Part shown: positions 17,844 to 26,645 of the stretch, piece by piece
Layout: every line of letters begins with the position of its first letter
How positions within the stretch are numbered: position 1 is the stretch's first letter
Origin: an uncultured virus (IMG/VR IMGVR_UViG_3300025879_000014)
Taxonomy: Duplodnaviria; Heunggongvirae; Uroviricota; Caudoviricetes
Length of the DNA: 64,000 nucleotides
Strand: one strand, 5' to 3'
Virus record (IMG/VR): IMGVR_UViG_3300025879_000014
Notes under the pieces: generated by a model
Databases searched by the model: none
Told to the model about the DNA's origin: nothing
Seen by the model: only the letters and a program-made list of their open reading frames with translations
Position numbers and translations under genes: made by a program

Positions 17844-19139
17844 TTAGTTTCCTTTATGTTTTTTCCAGAGGTCGGCATCAGTAGTTTTCTGAGTCTTACC
17901 ACCTGTTACAAATGAGTTTACTCGAGCCAAACCCCATTGCTCAGGGGTAGTTCCTGGTCTATGACCTGTACGCCAAGCAGCTACGCCACGGTCGTATACT
18001 TTCTTAAGAATAGAATAAGCCACGCCAGTTTTCTCAGCTTTATTCTTTAGAGCCTTCTTAGTATCTTCAGTCAATACGCCTTCAAAAGACGAGTCATATT
18101 GTTCATAAGATAAGACTTTCTTTTCACCGAACATCTTCTTATACTTCTTAGTGTACTTCGAAGGTTTGGTCTCAGCAGTAGCATCGCCTGGAGCAGGTTT
18201 ATACGCATCCGGATCGTCATCGTCCATCTTAGCACCTTTTTCAAAGTGCGCATCACGAGCCTTCTTAGTAGATTTAGCCTTAATACCAGCCATATATTTC
18301 TTAGGCTGGTCAGTATCTTTGTCTTTTGCTTCTTCGATTACTTTAACGTCAGTAACCCATTTACGAGAACGGATGCCGTCGGCGGATTCAACAATAACAT
18401 AGTTAGCTCCAAGCATAATAACTTGACCAACCTTGTTATCGTATTCTACAACATCACCTTCTGATAGTAAGTCGCCAGCAACATATGCTTCACGTTCTTC
18501 AGATACGGTTTCGAGTTCAACGTGTTGACGGAACATATGAGATTCTTCAAGACCCATACCTTTACGGACGGCATTGAATAGTTCTTTTGCTTCTTTAAAT
18601 CCTGAAGGTAATCCACGTACGAAAGTGTCAAAGGAGTTTTCCGAAGCAGCAGCACGCATTTTAGACGCCGACATACCTGATACGCCTTCAGCGTCTGGAT
18701 CTCGATCGCCAGCAGATACTACAGAAATAGACTGGAAGTCGTACAATCCGTGACGACCTTGTACTCCGTTGTACTTATTAGTTAACGTCTCGAATTCTTT
18801 AACTCGATCAGAACCAACAACCATTGTTACCTTGCTAAACCCTTTATCATGAAGAGATACCATGATATCAAATACGCTCTTAACCTTTTTGTCAAGTATA
18901 ATATTTCGCGCAGCTTTAGGGAACATTTTGCGCATAAACTTAACTTTAGTTTCATAGTCTAGTGGGTTCTTCTTAGAGTCCTGAGACTGTGAAGCATATA
19001 CAAAGTATTTACTACGTCCGGCAACTTTCGCCACTGCGTCAATTAGCTTTTCGTGTCCGACCGTTGGTGGATTGAATCGACCAAACGTGAACACGGCTTC
19101 TTGAGGCGCTTCTGTTACAAATTGCTTAAAGGACTTCAT
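17844..19139 (-). CDS. Cytidylyltransferase-like (HxGH-class) nucleotidyltransferase with C-terminal accessory modules
   Basis: FGRFNPPTVGHEKL, VGSDR, SASKMR; N-terminus MKSFKQFVTEA. Confidence 0.85.
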   Translation of the reverse strand: MKSFKQFVTEAPQEAVFTFGRFNPPTVGHEKLIDAVAKVAGRSKYFVYASQSQDSKKNPLDYETKVKFMRKMFPKAARNIILDKKVKSVFDIMVSLHDKGFSKVTMVVGSDRVKEFETLTNKYNGVQGRHGLYDFQSISVVSAGDRDPDAEGVSGMSASKMRAAASENSFDTFVRGLPSGFKEAKELFNAVRKGMGLEESHMFRQHVELETVSEEREAYVAGDLLSEGDVVEYDNKVGQVIMLGANYVIVESADGIRSRKWVTDVKVIEEAKDKDTDQPKKYMAGIKAKSTKKARDAHFEKGAKMDDDDPDAYKPAPGDATAETKPSKYTKKYKKMFGEKKVLSYEQYDSSFEGVLTEDTKKALKNKAEKTGVAYSILKKVYDRGVAAWRTGHRPGTTPEQWGLARVNSFVTGGKTQKTTDADLWKKHKGN

Positions 19140-19140
19140 A

Positions 19141-19587
19141 TTAACCCTTATTAGCCATACGTTCTTTTTCGTCGGCGCGAACTTTCTTGATTAATTTCTT
19201 AGTCAACTTATTGATAGCACCTTTCTTCTTCTCGACTCTTTTATCTAGGTCTTTACGAGCAGAGAATCCTAAATCAGATTCGTCTCTACCCTTTAGAAGT
19301 TTCTTACGAATTGTATTGATAGCTTGCTTTCTAGCTCGCTTTTCAATAGTCTCTTTATTGGCTTTCTTACCCATAGACTTCTTACGAGCAAGGGCAATTT
19401 TAGCCTTGTTCTTACGCATTGCTTGCTTTAGCTTCAAACGAGCCGATGCGTCAAGAGCTTCATCCACTTCTTCGGTAGAGATACCGTCTAAGTCTGAATG
19501 TTTACGCTTTTGTCGCATATATTCCAGCCATTCATCGTCCGCCATGCGTGGATCAGTTGCCACTATAAAATCTTTAAAGCTGTACAT
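19141..19587 (-). CDS. Highly basic protein, probable internal head/DNA-binding protein
   Basis: MYSFKDF start; EEVDEA linker then Lys/Arg-rich helices. Confidence 0.7.
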   Translation of the reverse strand: MYSFKDFIVATDPRMADDEWLEYMRQKRKHSDLDGISTEEVDEALDASARLKLKQAMRKNKAKIALARKKSMGKKANKETIEKRARKQAINTIRKKLLKGRDESDLGFSARKDLDKRVEKKKGAINKLTKKLIKKVRADEKERMANKG

Positions 19588-19590
19588 TTT

Positions 19591-20832
19591 TTAACCTCTT
19601 GTAGGACTGTCCCAACCCTTGATAACATCAGGGTCGAAATTGTTTGTAGAAAACTCCATACGGTCTACCAGTTTTACTGCTCCGCCTTCAAGACGGTCGA
19701 TAGCAACAAAACCTTCAGCACCTGTCACTTTAAAACCATGACGAGTTTTAACAAACGTATTAATACTATTAAGTTCGTTTAACTTATTTATAATCAATTT
19801 CTTGGCACGTTGAATACTAAGTTGCAACTCAAACATAGCCACGAGGGATGCTTTATTACGTGAAGAGAAGAACGACAAGATAAGATCACGCTTATCGTAC
19901 TGCGCTTGCTTACCCTTTTCGGTCTTACGTTTATCAGCTTCTTTCTGGAACTTATCCTGAATGAACTGGATTAAACCTTCAACGTGAGTTTTAGTATTAG
20001 TGATCTCTTTCTTAGCTCTAACAAACGAGTTATTGTAAGTCTCGATCATACGTGGTAATTCTGATTCTTTTTCTAATTGACGTAACGTATCGCCCGCAAT
20101 CTTACGGAAAGTCTTACCAGCAAAAGTCAACTCTTTATTAAGTTCTTTAGTTTCTGCCGCAGTCAGCGTAGCTTTACCAGATAGATCGTGGTAATCAGCC
20201 GATTGTAACCAACCGTCTTTTGGTAACTTATACTTAGAAAGGTCTACACCAAAGGTTGCTTTCATATCTTCTAAAGTAGCACCAGAATACGTAGTATGTA
20301 GTACGATACCAACCTTTGCTGCCTTTATCTGCTTTGCTTCTTCCGAATCAGCAGGAACCGCATATACAATAGTGTTAGGGTGGAAAGTAACGTATTTCTG
20401 ACCATCAATAGTTTCGGTTTTAAGGTCTTTCTGAGTGAACATAATATCACCCTGAACAATCCCATTTGTAATACCCATTTGAGACATTACATCGAAAGAC
20501 GCCTTTAACTTATCAGCTAGGTCGCCAGAGTTATCCCCTTCTATTTCCTCATGAGACTTATAGACTTTTGGGTTCTTGGCAAATACGCCTTTCTTGGCTA
20601 CGAAGAACTGACCATCACGAGGGTCGATTCCAGCAAATACAGCTGGAGCGCCGTCCCACTTTACAGTTAGGTCAGAACCGGATTTAGCATTACCAGAAAG
20701 CATATCACGAAGGGAGCGAAGTGCCATAATAGCATCCCTCGCACCTTTAACCCCACCGTAGATAACTTGATCTTCGATGTGAGTCATGTGAGTATTTTTT
20801 GATTCCGATAGATATTCTGAGAAGTTTAACAT
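19591..20832 (-). CDS. Ligase-type covalent nucleotidyltransferase-like protein
   Basis: TVKWDG (motif I), VQGD, EGFV (motif IV), VKLV (motif V); start MLNFSEYLSES. Confidence 0.65.
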   Translation of the reverse strand: MLNFSEYLSESKNTHMTHIEDQVIYGGVKGARDAIMALRSLRDMLSGNAKSGSDLTVKWDGAPAVFAGIDPRDGQFFVAKKGVFAKNPKVYKSHEEIEGDNSGDLADKLKASFDVMSQMGITNGIVQGDIMFTQKDLKTETIDGQKYVTFHPNTIVYAVPADSEEAKQIKAAKVGIVLHTTYSGATLEDMKATFGVDLSKYKLPKDGWLQSADYHDLSGKATLTAAETKELNKELTFAGKTFRKIAGDTLRQLEKESELPRMIETYNNSFVRAKKEITNTKTHVEGLIQFIQDKFQKEADKRKTEKGKQAQYDKRDLILSFFSSRNKASLVAMFELQLSIQRAKKLIINKLNELNSINTFVKTRHGFKVTGAEGFVAIDRLEGGAVKLVDRMEFSTNNFDPDVIKGWDSPTRG

Positions 20833-22178
20833 TAAGACACCTTACAATGAACAGATGAGAATTCGTTTTTCTTAAGAGAAGAGAAGTAGCAATCCTTGAG
20901 TATGGAAACGTCCGATGACAATAAAATGTCTAGGTAGTATGTTAGGAATGCACCAGTCTTAAGAGCAAGGATATCATCAACAGGAAAGTCTGAAACGTTA
21001 TCTTGAACATATGGGCTTTTAAGTAAACGAGGGAGGGTTTTGTTTAGGTATGCCATAGGATCGGCAAATATCTTTTTCTTATCGGCTTCGATATTAAAGC
21101 CATTATCAGCTGCCATATCAACAAACGCTTTAGCTGATACCGCACCAAGCTGTACGTTAGAACCTTTCTCGCGACCTTCTAAGTAAACTCTAATCTTACC
21201 TTCATCAGTAACCGATGCAGATTTATAACCTGTACGGATTTGGAATCCAGACGGAGTTCCCTGAGTCATGAAGATAAAGTTCTTAGCGAATGGGTTGAAG
21301 ATAGTAGGTGCTGGTGACAAATCGACGTCAGGAAGATCAGTTGCTTTAACAACTTCGAACTTACCACGTTTACCCTTAGATACTTTCTTAAGACTAACGC
21401 CAATTATCTCTTTTGATTCAAACTTCTTTTCAAGATACGCATTAAACTCGGCGAGAGTCTTCATACCTTTACATTCTGAGATAATCTTCGTTTTACTGAT
21501 AGACATAATCCAAATATCAGCTGGATTCCAGTTATCTTTTAAGTCTTTAAGACCAAGCTTACGAGCCAACTGTATAAGGATATTAGAATCGTTTGTACCA
21601 GAATCTAGGTAAATCTTAGAACCCTTTAACGAACCCATATTAGAATGGAATGCTTTGTACTGTTCTTCAAACGAGTAGTACCAGTTCTCATCAAACCTAT
21701 ACCCAACTTGCTTTGAGATTTCTTCTACGGAAAGTGGCTTTCCTTTCATAGCCGATTCAAAGTATAGGATAGTTCCCATTTCTTGTTCATCAGTTGAAGG
21801 TATCTTGACGTCTTCGCCGACTTTAGGTAATCGACCAGAACCACGCATACCGCCAGAAGGATATAGAGTAACCTTTACTTTTTGACTAGACTTGAAGTTC
21901 TGACCAGCAGGAACAAATCCATAGTCAGCTAGGTAAGGGGATGCGGCAACTTTCTTGATTAACTGAGCATCTGTAACTTTGATAGTAAGGCTCTTATTGC
22001 CTTTACGGTAATCGTACTTCGGCTCGAAATAGAAGAACTCGTCTTCCTTGCCGTAATGCTTTTTGAGTAGTTGTAAAAATTTATAGAGTTCTTTCTCTGT
22101 TCCGGATTTGTTTGGTAGATGTTCTAAACCAAACCAGAGCTTTGTAGCTTCGGAGAGAAATTCTTTGAAAGAGTACAT
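20832..22178 (-). CDS. Restriction-endonuclease-fold (PD-(D/E)XK-like) protein
   Basis: EQE...WNPADIW...IIGVSLKK; start MYSFKEFLSEA at 22178, below a late promoter. Confidence 0.55.
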   Translation of the reverse strand: MYSFKEFLSEATKLWFGLEHLPNKSGTEKELYKFLQLLKKHYGKEDEFFYFEPKYDYRKGNKSLTIKVTDAQLIKKVAASPYLADYGFVPAGQNFKSSQKVKVTLYPSGGMRGSGRLPKVGEDVKIPSTDEQEMGTILYFESAMKGKPLSVEEISKQVGYRFDENWYYSFEEQYKAFHSNMGSLKGSKIYLDSGTNDSNILIQLARKLGLKDLKDNWNPADIWIMSISKTKIISECKGMKTLAEFNAYLEKKFESKEIIGVSLKKVSKGKRGKFEVVKATDLPDVDLSPAPTIFNPFAKNFIFMTQGTPSGFQIRTGYKSASVTDEGKIRVYLEGREKGSNVQLGAVSAKAFVDMAADNGFNIEADKKKIFADPMAYLNKTLPRLLKSPYVQDNVSDFPVDDILALKTGAFLTYYLDILLSSDVSILKDCYFSSLKKNEFSSVHCKVS

Positions 22179-22216
22179 ATCAGATTCCCATTTAATAAAC
22201 TTGACAATTATACTTA

Positions 22217-22224
22217 TATTTATA
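22217..22224 (-). promoter_or_regulatory. T4-type late promoter heading the putative internal-protein block
   Basis: TATAAATA directly after a terminator. Confidence 0.8.
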
Positions 22225-22225
22225 T

Positions 22226-22251
22226 AAAAAGAAAGTCCCACTAGGGGACTT
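22226..22251 (-). terminator. Intrinsic terminator closing the early cassette
   Basis: AAGTCCC-CTAGT-GGGACTT then TCTTTTT. Confidence 0.75.
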
Positions 22252-22252
22252 A

Positions 22253-22477
22253 TTAATCATCAATGGTCAGTATGCCTTTCCCTGCACGGATGGCTTCATT
22301 ACCATCATCGTCAACGTACTTCTCTATAACACCAGAAGATTCTAGGGCAGCGAGCGCTATGGCGATGGAGTCGACTGCTGACAATCTATTTGATTCCTGA
22401 TACCCTTTGGCATATGCCTTCTTCCAAGTAAAGATACAAGAAAGGGCAACCAGTACTATCATTAGTAAGTACTCCAT
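22253..22477 (-). CDS. Small membrane protein
   Basis: N-terminal hydrophobic helix. Confidence 0.6.
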   Translation of the reverse strand: MEYLLMIVLVALSCIFTWKKAYAKGYQESNRLSAVDSIAIALAALESSGVIEKYVDDDGNEAIRAGKGILTIDD

Positions 22478-22668
22478 TAGAATTCCGCCGACTTACGTAG
22501 TTGTACGATTTCATCAACCCCTATATCACCACGTTCAATTTTAGCGTCAAGGATTTCCTTAGAATATACGGTATAACCTTTATTAGTTACAACGTTATGT
22601 ACCCAGTATAGAGATCCAGGCTTTAATTCTTCATTACGACGATCAACAGCTTCATTAGACATATTCAT
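22477..22668 (-). CDS. Early hypothetical protein
   Basis: Promoter plus GAGGA RBS directly upstream. Confidence 0.65.
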   Translation of the reverse strand: MNMSNEAVDRRNEELKPGSLYWVHNVVTNKGYTVYSKEILDAKIERGDIGVDEIVQLRKSAEF

Positions 22669-22691
22669 TTCCTCATTTATTCAATACAAGT

Positions 22692-22720
22692 ATTATAACT
22701 CATTACATTACAAAAGTAAA
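22692..22720 (-). promoter_or_regulatory. Sigma70-type phage promoter
   Basis: TTTACT-N17-TATAAT. Confidence 0.85.
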
Positions 22721-22728
22721 GCTTTTTT

Positions 22729-23325
22729 TTAACTATTTTCTTCGGCGATATACTCTAGATAGCAATCAACCATTTCGTCAAGGTTAAGAGATAACCTAGT
22801 CATGATAAAGTCATAGAAGTTATCAGTAAGTTCTTCTTCAAACACATCATTAAGTTCTTCTGCAGTTGGCTCACCTTCAAGTTCTTGCTGTTCGTTAAAC
22901 TGCTCTAGAATATCGTCAGTGTCCAATTCGTTCATTTCGTCGATACCGTCTTTCGTGATAAGGGCAGAACCGACAAAACAATACGCTTCGTCTTCATAAG
23001 TAATAGTACCATAACAATCAGGATATTGCTCAGATAGAGCTTTAACCATATTGACAACCAGTTCAGTCGGCGGACACCATGCAGAATTCAGAGCTAGGTA
23101 GTTCTCGCCGATATCTTCAATACTACACCATTTGGCTCCGATGTTATCGATATACCAATCCCGAGTATTGACAGTATCTTCGTCAGGTAGATCCACCCCA
23201 AGGAAGTTTAAAACTTCATGAGCGTTATCTAACATCACTTCTTTATCTGTTAATGGACTGAACACATCGAGTGGTTTGCCATCAGAAGTGTAAAGTTGTA
23301 CGTTATTCCAAACATGATTAGCCAT
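22729..23325 (-). CDS. Acidic early protein, DUF1281/YubB ferredoxin-like-fold family
   Basis: MANHVWN...DWYIDNIGAKW...SAWCPP...YEDE. Confidence 0.6.
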   Translation of the reverse strand: MANHVWNNVQLYTSDGKPLDVFSPLTDKEVMLDNAHEVLNFLGVDLPDEDTVNTRDWYIDNIGAKWCSIEDIGENYLALNSAWCPPTELVVNMVKALSEQYPDCYGTITYEDEAYCFVGSALITKDGIDEMNELDTDDILEQFNEQQELEGEPTAEELNDVFEEELTDNFYDFIMTRLSLNLDEMVDCYLEYIAEENS

Positions 23326-23354
23326 TTCTATTTCCTCATTTATTCAATACAAGT

Positions 23355-23383
23355 ATTATAACTCGAGTGGATTTAAAAGTAAA
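23355..23383 (-). promoter_or_regulatory. Sigma70-type phage promoter
   Basis: TTTACT-N17-TATAAT. Confidence 0.85.
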
Positions 23384-23428
23384 GCACTTTCGTTATAATA
23401 CTTTGCTATATCCATATAACGTTAGGTA

Positions 23429-24811
23429 CTATACTTGGATACCAGAGAATGATTTCTTCTCATTGGCACCGAAAGTGCTTAAAGGTTTATCTGGTATATC
23501 AGAATCACCACCTATCAACGATTGCGCAGATTCTTCAACATCATATAGCTTCATCTTAGAACGGTCAACGCCTATCACGAAACGCTTATGCATTCCAGGA
23601 TCGTTGTATCGGTTCTTTAACTGCTTGACCATAATCTGCCCGAGCTTTTCTAATTCTTCAGTAGATATTAACGCAAACATAAAGTCAGCCGTTGCTGGTA
23701 GACCGAATGATTCAGAAGTATCTTCCAAGCCAACATCAGTATTACCATAACCAGATCGTGTAGTTTGAGTAGCAGACATAATAGGAACATCTAGCTCAAC
23801 TGCCAATCCACGTATCTCTTCAGCAATAGACTTGATAAGCGAATATGTATTAACCGTACCACCCATCTTCATACGAGATGAACCGCAAATGTTAAGGTAA
23901 TCGATAAAGATCATATCCGGAACGAAGTTCTTCTTGAGCTTCAATTCATTTACCAACGCTCTAAAGTGACCAACGTGGGCAGACGCAGTAGGATATTCTT
24001 TAACGATTAACTTGCCTTGAGTTTTCTTAGCAAGTTTACGAACCTTATTCTCAAACGTTTCAAGAGGTAACGATTCGAGCTGGTCAATAGGGATATTCAT
24101 TAAGTTGGCATCAATACGTTCGGCGATACGTTCTTCTGCCATTTCCATAGTAATGTATAGGACGTTACGACCTTCCATTAATGAATTAGCAGCACAATGA
24201 CACATAAACAAAGACTTACCAACACCAGTACCCGCAAGAGCAATATTTAGCGTTTTACGTGGAAGTCCACCCTTAGTAATCTTATTAAAGTAATCGAGGT
24301 CGAACGGAATACGATCTTCTACTCTGTGATAGAAGTCATATCGACCTTTAAACCCGTCGATATAATCGTGACCAACATTACGGTCAAAGGTAACACCAAG
24401 AGCCTTAGAAAGAATGTCGGGAAGAGCATTCTTAGTAAGGTCTTTATGTTTGCCGTCTATAATAGAAATAGATTCAAGGATAGCATTATGAATAGCTTTA
24501 TCTTGGCACCATTTCTCGGTGTTTTCCATTAACCAATCTTTATTGACTTCTTCGGGAGTGAAGACAGTCTGAAGTAATTCAGAAACCTCTGACGTATCAA
24601 CTCCCCTCGAATCAGCCTGATCCAGTTCAATCAGAAATGCTTCTTTAGTCGGAAGCGCATTATACTTGGCTACAAATAAGCCAACCTGATTGAATAAGAA
24701 TGCATGAGATTCTGTAAAGTAATCAGCCTTCAGAAACGGTATAACCTGACGAACGTACTGCTCGTTGGTCAGAAGATTCCGAAGTATTGTTGTTTCCAGA
24801 TTTGCTTGCAT
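23429..24811 (-). CDS. gp41: Replicative DnaB-like helicase
   Basis: AGTGVGKS, MEMAEERIAERID, IDYLNIC, SATQT, QLKNRY. Confidence 0.95.
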   Translation of the reverse strand: MQANLETTILRNLLTNEQYVRQVIPFLKADYFTESHAFLFNQVGLFVAKYNALPTKEAFLIELDQADSRGVDTSEVSELLQTVFTPEEVNKDWLMENTEKWCQDKAIHNAILESISIIDGKHKDLTKNALPDILSKALGVTFDRNVGHDYIDGFKGRYDFYHRVEDRIPFDLDYFNKITKGGLPRKTLNIALAGTGVGKSLFMCHCAANSLMEGRNVLYITMEMAEERIAERIDANLMNIPIDQLESLPLETFENKVRKLAKKTQGKLIVKEYPTASAHVGHFRALVNELKLKKNFVPDMIFIDYLNICGSSRMKMGGTVNTYSLIKSIAEEIRGLAVELDVPIMSATQTTRSGYGNTDVGLEDTSESFGLPATADFMFALISTEELEKLGQIMVKQLKNRYNDPGMHKRFVIGVDRSKMKLYDVEESAQSLIGGDSDIPDKPLSTFGANEKKSFSGIQV

Positions 24812-25109
24812 TCTCTTTTTCCTCTACCGCACCCATAATAACATCTGTAAGTATATCACCAATATACACTCCGAACTCCTTCGAGCCTTCCAAAGATTCC
24901 CGAGTAAACGCTTCGGGAAATTCGTGGATATTAAACTCAAAGGAAAGCTTGGCATTTCCGCCTTCGCTTTCGTCAACTTCAGCTACGGAGACTTCACCGT
25001 AACTATATTCAACTCCGGTGTAGGCACCTTTGGTGATACGTATTGCCCAAGAATCGTCAAGCCCTTCACGCTCGACGAGTAGGTAGTTATCCGCATCATG
25101 CCACGCCAT
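24723..25109 (-). CDS. gp40-like head vertex assembly chaperone
   Basis: T4 synteny uvsX-40-41; acidic, about 128 aa. Confidence 0.55.
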   Translation of the reverse strand: MAWHDADNYLLVEREGLDDSWAIRITKGAYTGVEYSYGEVSVAEVDESEGGNAKLSFEFNIHEFPEAFTRESLEGSKEFGVYIGDILTDVIMGAVEEKENASKSGNNNTSESSDQRAVRSSGYTVSEG

Positions 25110-26157
25110 CAGCAACTGCCTCCATATCAATTAGTTCTTCAGCGTCAGAAGCAATACCAAACTGATACTGTTTCTTGATGAACTCTTTAAAGTCGGTTTT
25201 CTCAAAGACAGGATCCCAGAACTCTTTCTCTAGAGTTTCTTTCACCCTAACCTTGCCACCCATTTCTCCAGTTTCTTGGTCAACAACTGCATACCAACCG
25301 TTGGAAGGCTTAACAACGTAGCCACCAGCAATAGCAACGTCCAGCAAACCAGAGTAGTTACATACCCCACCATCAAAAAGAACTTTGATAGGAATAGCAG
25401 ACTTCTCGCGAACATATCGCGACTTCTCAATATTAATGACGAAATCATATCCAATAATACCTGTACTTTCTTTGTTCTGACGACGACCAATGATCCAGAT
25501 ATTATCCGCAGAGTAATAGATACCTGTACCGCCAGAAACAACGTCTTTAGGGAACAAGCCCATCTCTTTGTATGTATGGTTAATAGCTAACAAAGGGATA
25601 TTCTTCATTGTAAGGTATGGAGTCGTCATACGAAACAGACCTTTCAATGCTTTGGCTCGTGACATATCAGCCACCGACTTCTCATTGATAGCATCTTCTA
25701 ATTCTTTCTTAGAAGCCAAGTTACCAATAGAGTCAATTACGATTACGACTTTATCGTCGCGCTCTAGCTCGTTAAGCTGACCAATAAGGTCAAACTTTAA
25801 TTCTTCAACGTCCTTGATAGGTGTATGTAATACTCGAGAGGTGTCAATACCAAACTGCTCAAAGTATGATTGCGGAGAACCAAACTCAGAATCGTAGAAC
25901 AACATAATAGAATCGGGATACTTCTTAAGATAAGCAGCTGCCATCTTTAAAGCAAACGATGTTTTGAAGTGTTTAGACGGACCAGCTAGTACCGTTAGAC
26001 CAGACGTAACACCGCCATCAATATCGCCAGATAAGGCAACATTCATCATAGGAACGTCAGTAGGAATAACGTCCTTCTGATTAAAGAAGGCAGAATCAGC
26101 TAGGGTAGCTGACTCTTTAACCTTCGAGTTTTTCTTTAGTTTAGACATTAAACTCAT
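25096..26157 (-). CDS. uvsX: RecA-like recombinase
   Basis: AGPSKHFKT, YDSEFG, DSIGNLAS, SGGTG. Confidence 0.95.
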   Translation of the reverse strand: MSLMSKLKKNSKVKESATLADSAFFNQKDVIPTDVPMMNVALSGDIDGGVTSGLTVLAGPSKHFKTSFALKMAAAYLKKYPDSIMLFYDSEFGSPQSYFEQFGIDTSRVLHTPIKDVEELKFDLIGQLNELERDDKVVIVIDSIGNLASKKELEDAINEKSVADMSRAKALKGLFRMTTPYLTMKNIPLLAINHTYKEMGLFPKDVVSGGTGIYYSADNIWIIGRRQNKESTGIIGYDFVINIEKSRYVREKSAIPIKVLFDGGVCNYSGLLDVAIAGGYVVKPSNGWYAVVDQETGEMGGKVRVKETLEKEFWDPVFEKTDFKEFIKKQYQFGIASDAEELIDMEAVADGVA

Positions 26158-26186
26158 ATCAAATCTCCAATTAAGTAACAACGCAT

Positions 26187-26215
26187 ATTATACCGCATAA
26201 CAAAGTAAAAGTAAA
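26187..26215 (-). promoter_or_regulatory. Sigma70-type phage promoter (uvsX)
   Basis: TTTACT-N17-TATAAT. Confidence 0.85.
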
Positions 26216-26222
26216 GAACTAT

Positions 26223-26462
26223 TTAAGATTTTTTTATAATAATCTTACGAGCTTCATGAGGGGATAATCCACGTGGTAACGAGATTTCCTTTTCCTTGGC
26301 ATGAGCATATAGTTCTTTGATAGACATTGTACTTAGGTCAACTTCTTTTGGTTTTGGAGCTTTCTTGACTTTAACTTCTACTTCTTCAGTAGTGGTCGTC
26401 TCGACTACAGCCTCAACCTTCTTTGCCTTCGACTTTGCCTTTTTCTTTTTGAAAATAGCCAT
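26223..26462 (-). CDS. Small basic protein with Rho-N/HeH-like domain
   Basis: DLSTMSIKELYAHAKEKEISLP. Confidence 0.6.
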   Translation of the reverse strand: MAIFKKKKAKSKAKKVEAVVETTTTEEVEVKVKKAPKPKEVDLSTMSIKELYAHAKEKEISLPRGLSPHEARKIIIKKS

Positions 26463-26642
26463 TTATACCTCTTTCTTGATTATGTGTATCATGCGGTCTT
26501 TATTGATACGTTGTGGGAGTTTGATCCCGCAGCCTTCAGCGTAATCTCTCAATTCCGCTTTAGTCATACTGGTTAGATCAGGTTTTGGAGCTTCTTCAAA
26601 GAATACACGCTCCATGAAGAACCTTTTGATTGCTTCAAACAT
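26463..26642 (-). CDS. 59-aa protein with Rho-N/HeH-like domain, not in the ORF track
   Basis: Translated by hand: ...DLTSMTKAELRDYAEGCGIKLP...; RBS GAGG. Confidence 0.6.
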   Translation of the reverse strand: MFEAIKRFFMERVFFEEAPKPDLTSMTKAELRDYAEGCGIKLPQRINKDRMIHIIKKEV

Positions 26643-26645
26643 TAT

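Larger units (their letters stand above)
22667..23364. repeat. Perfect 35-bp direct repeat (22667-22701 and 23330-23364) spanning -10, leader and RBS
   Basis: atttcctcatttattcaatacaagtattataactc at both sites. Confidence 0.9.
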
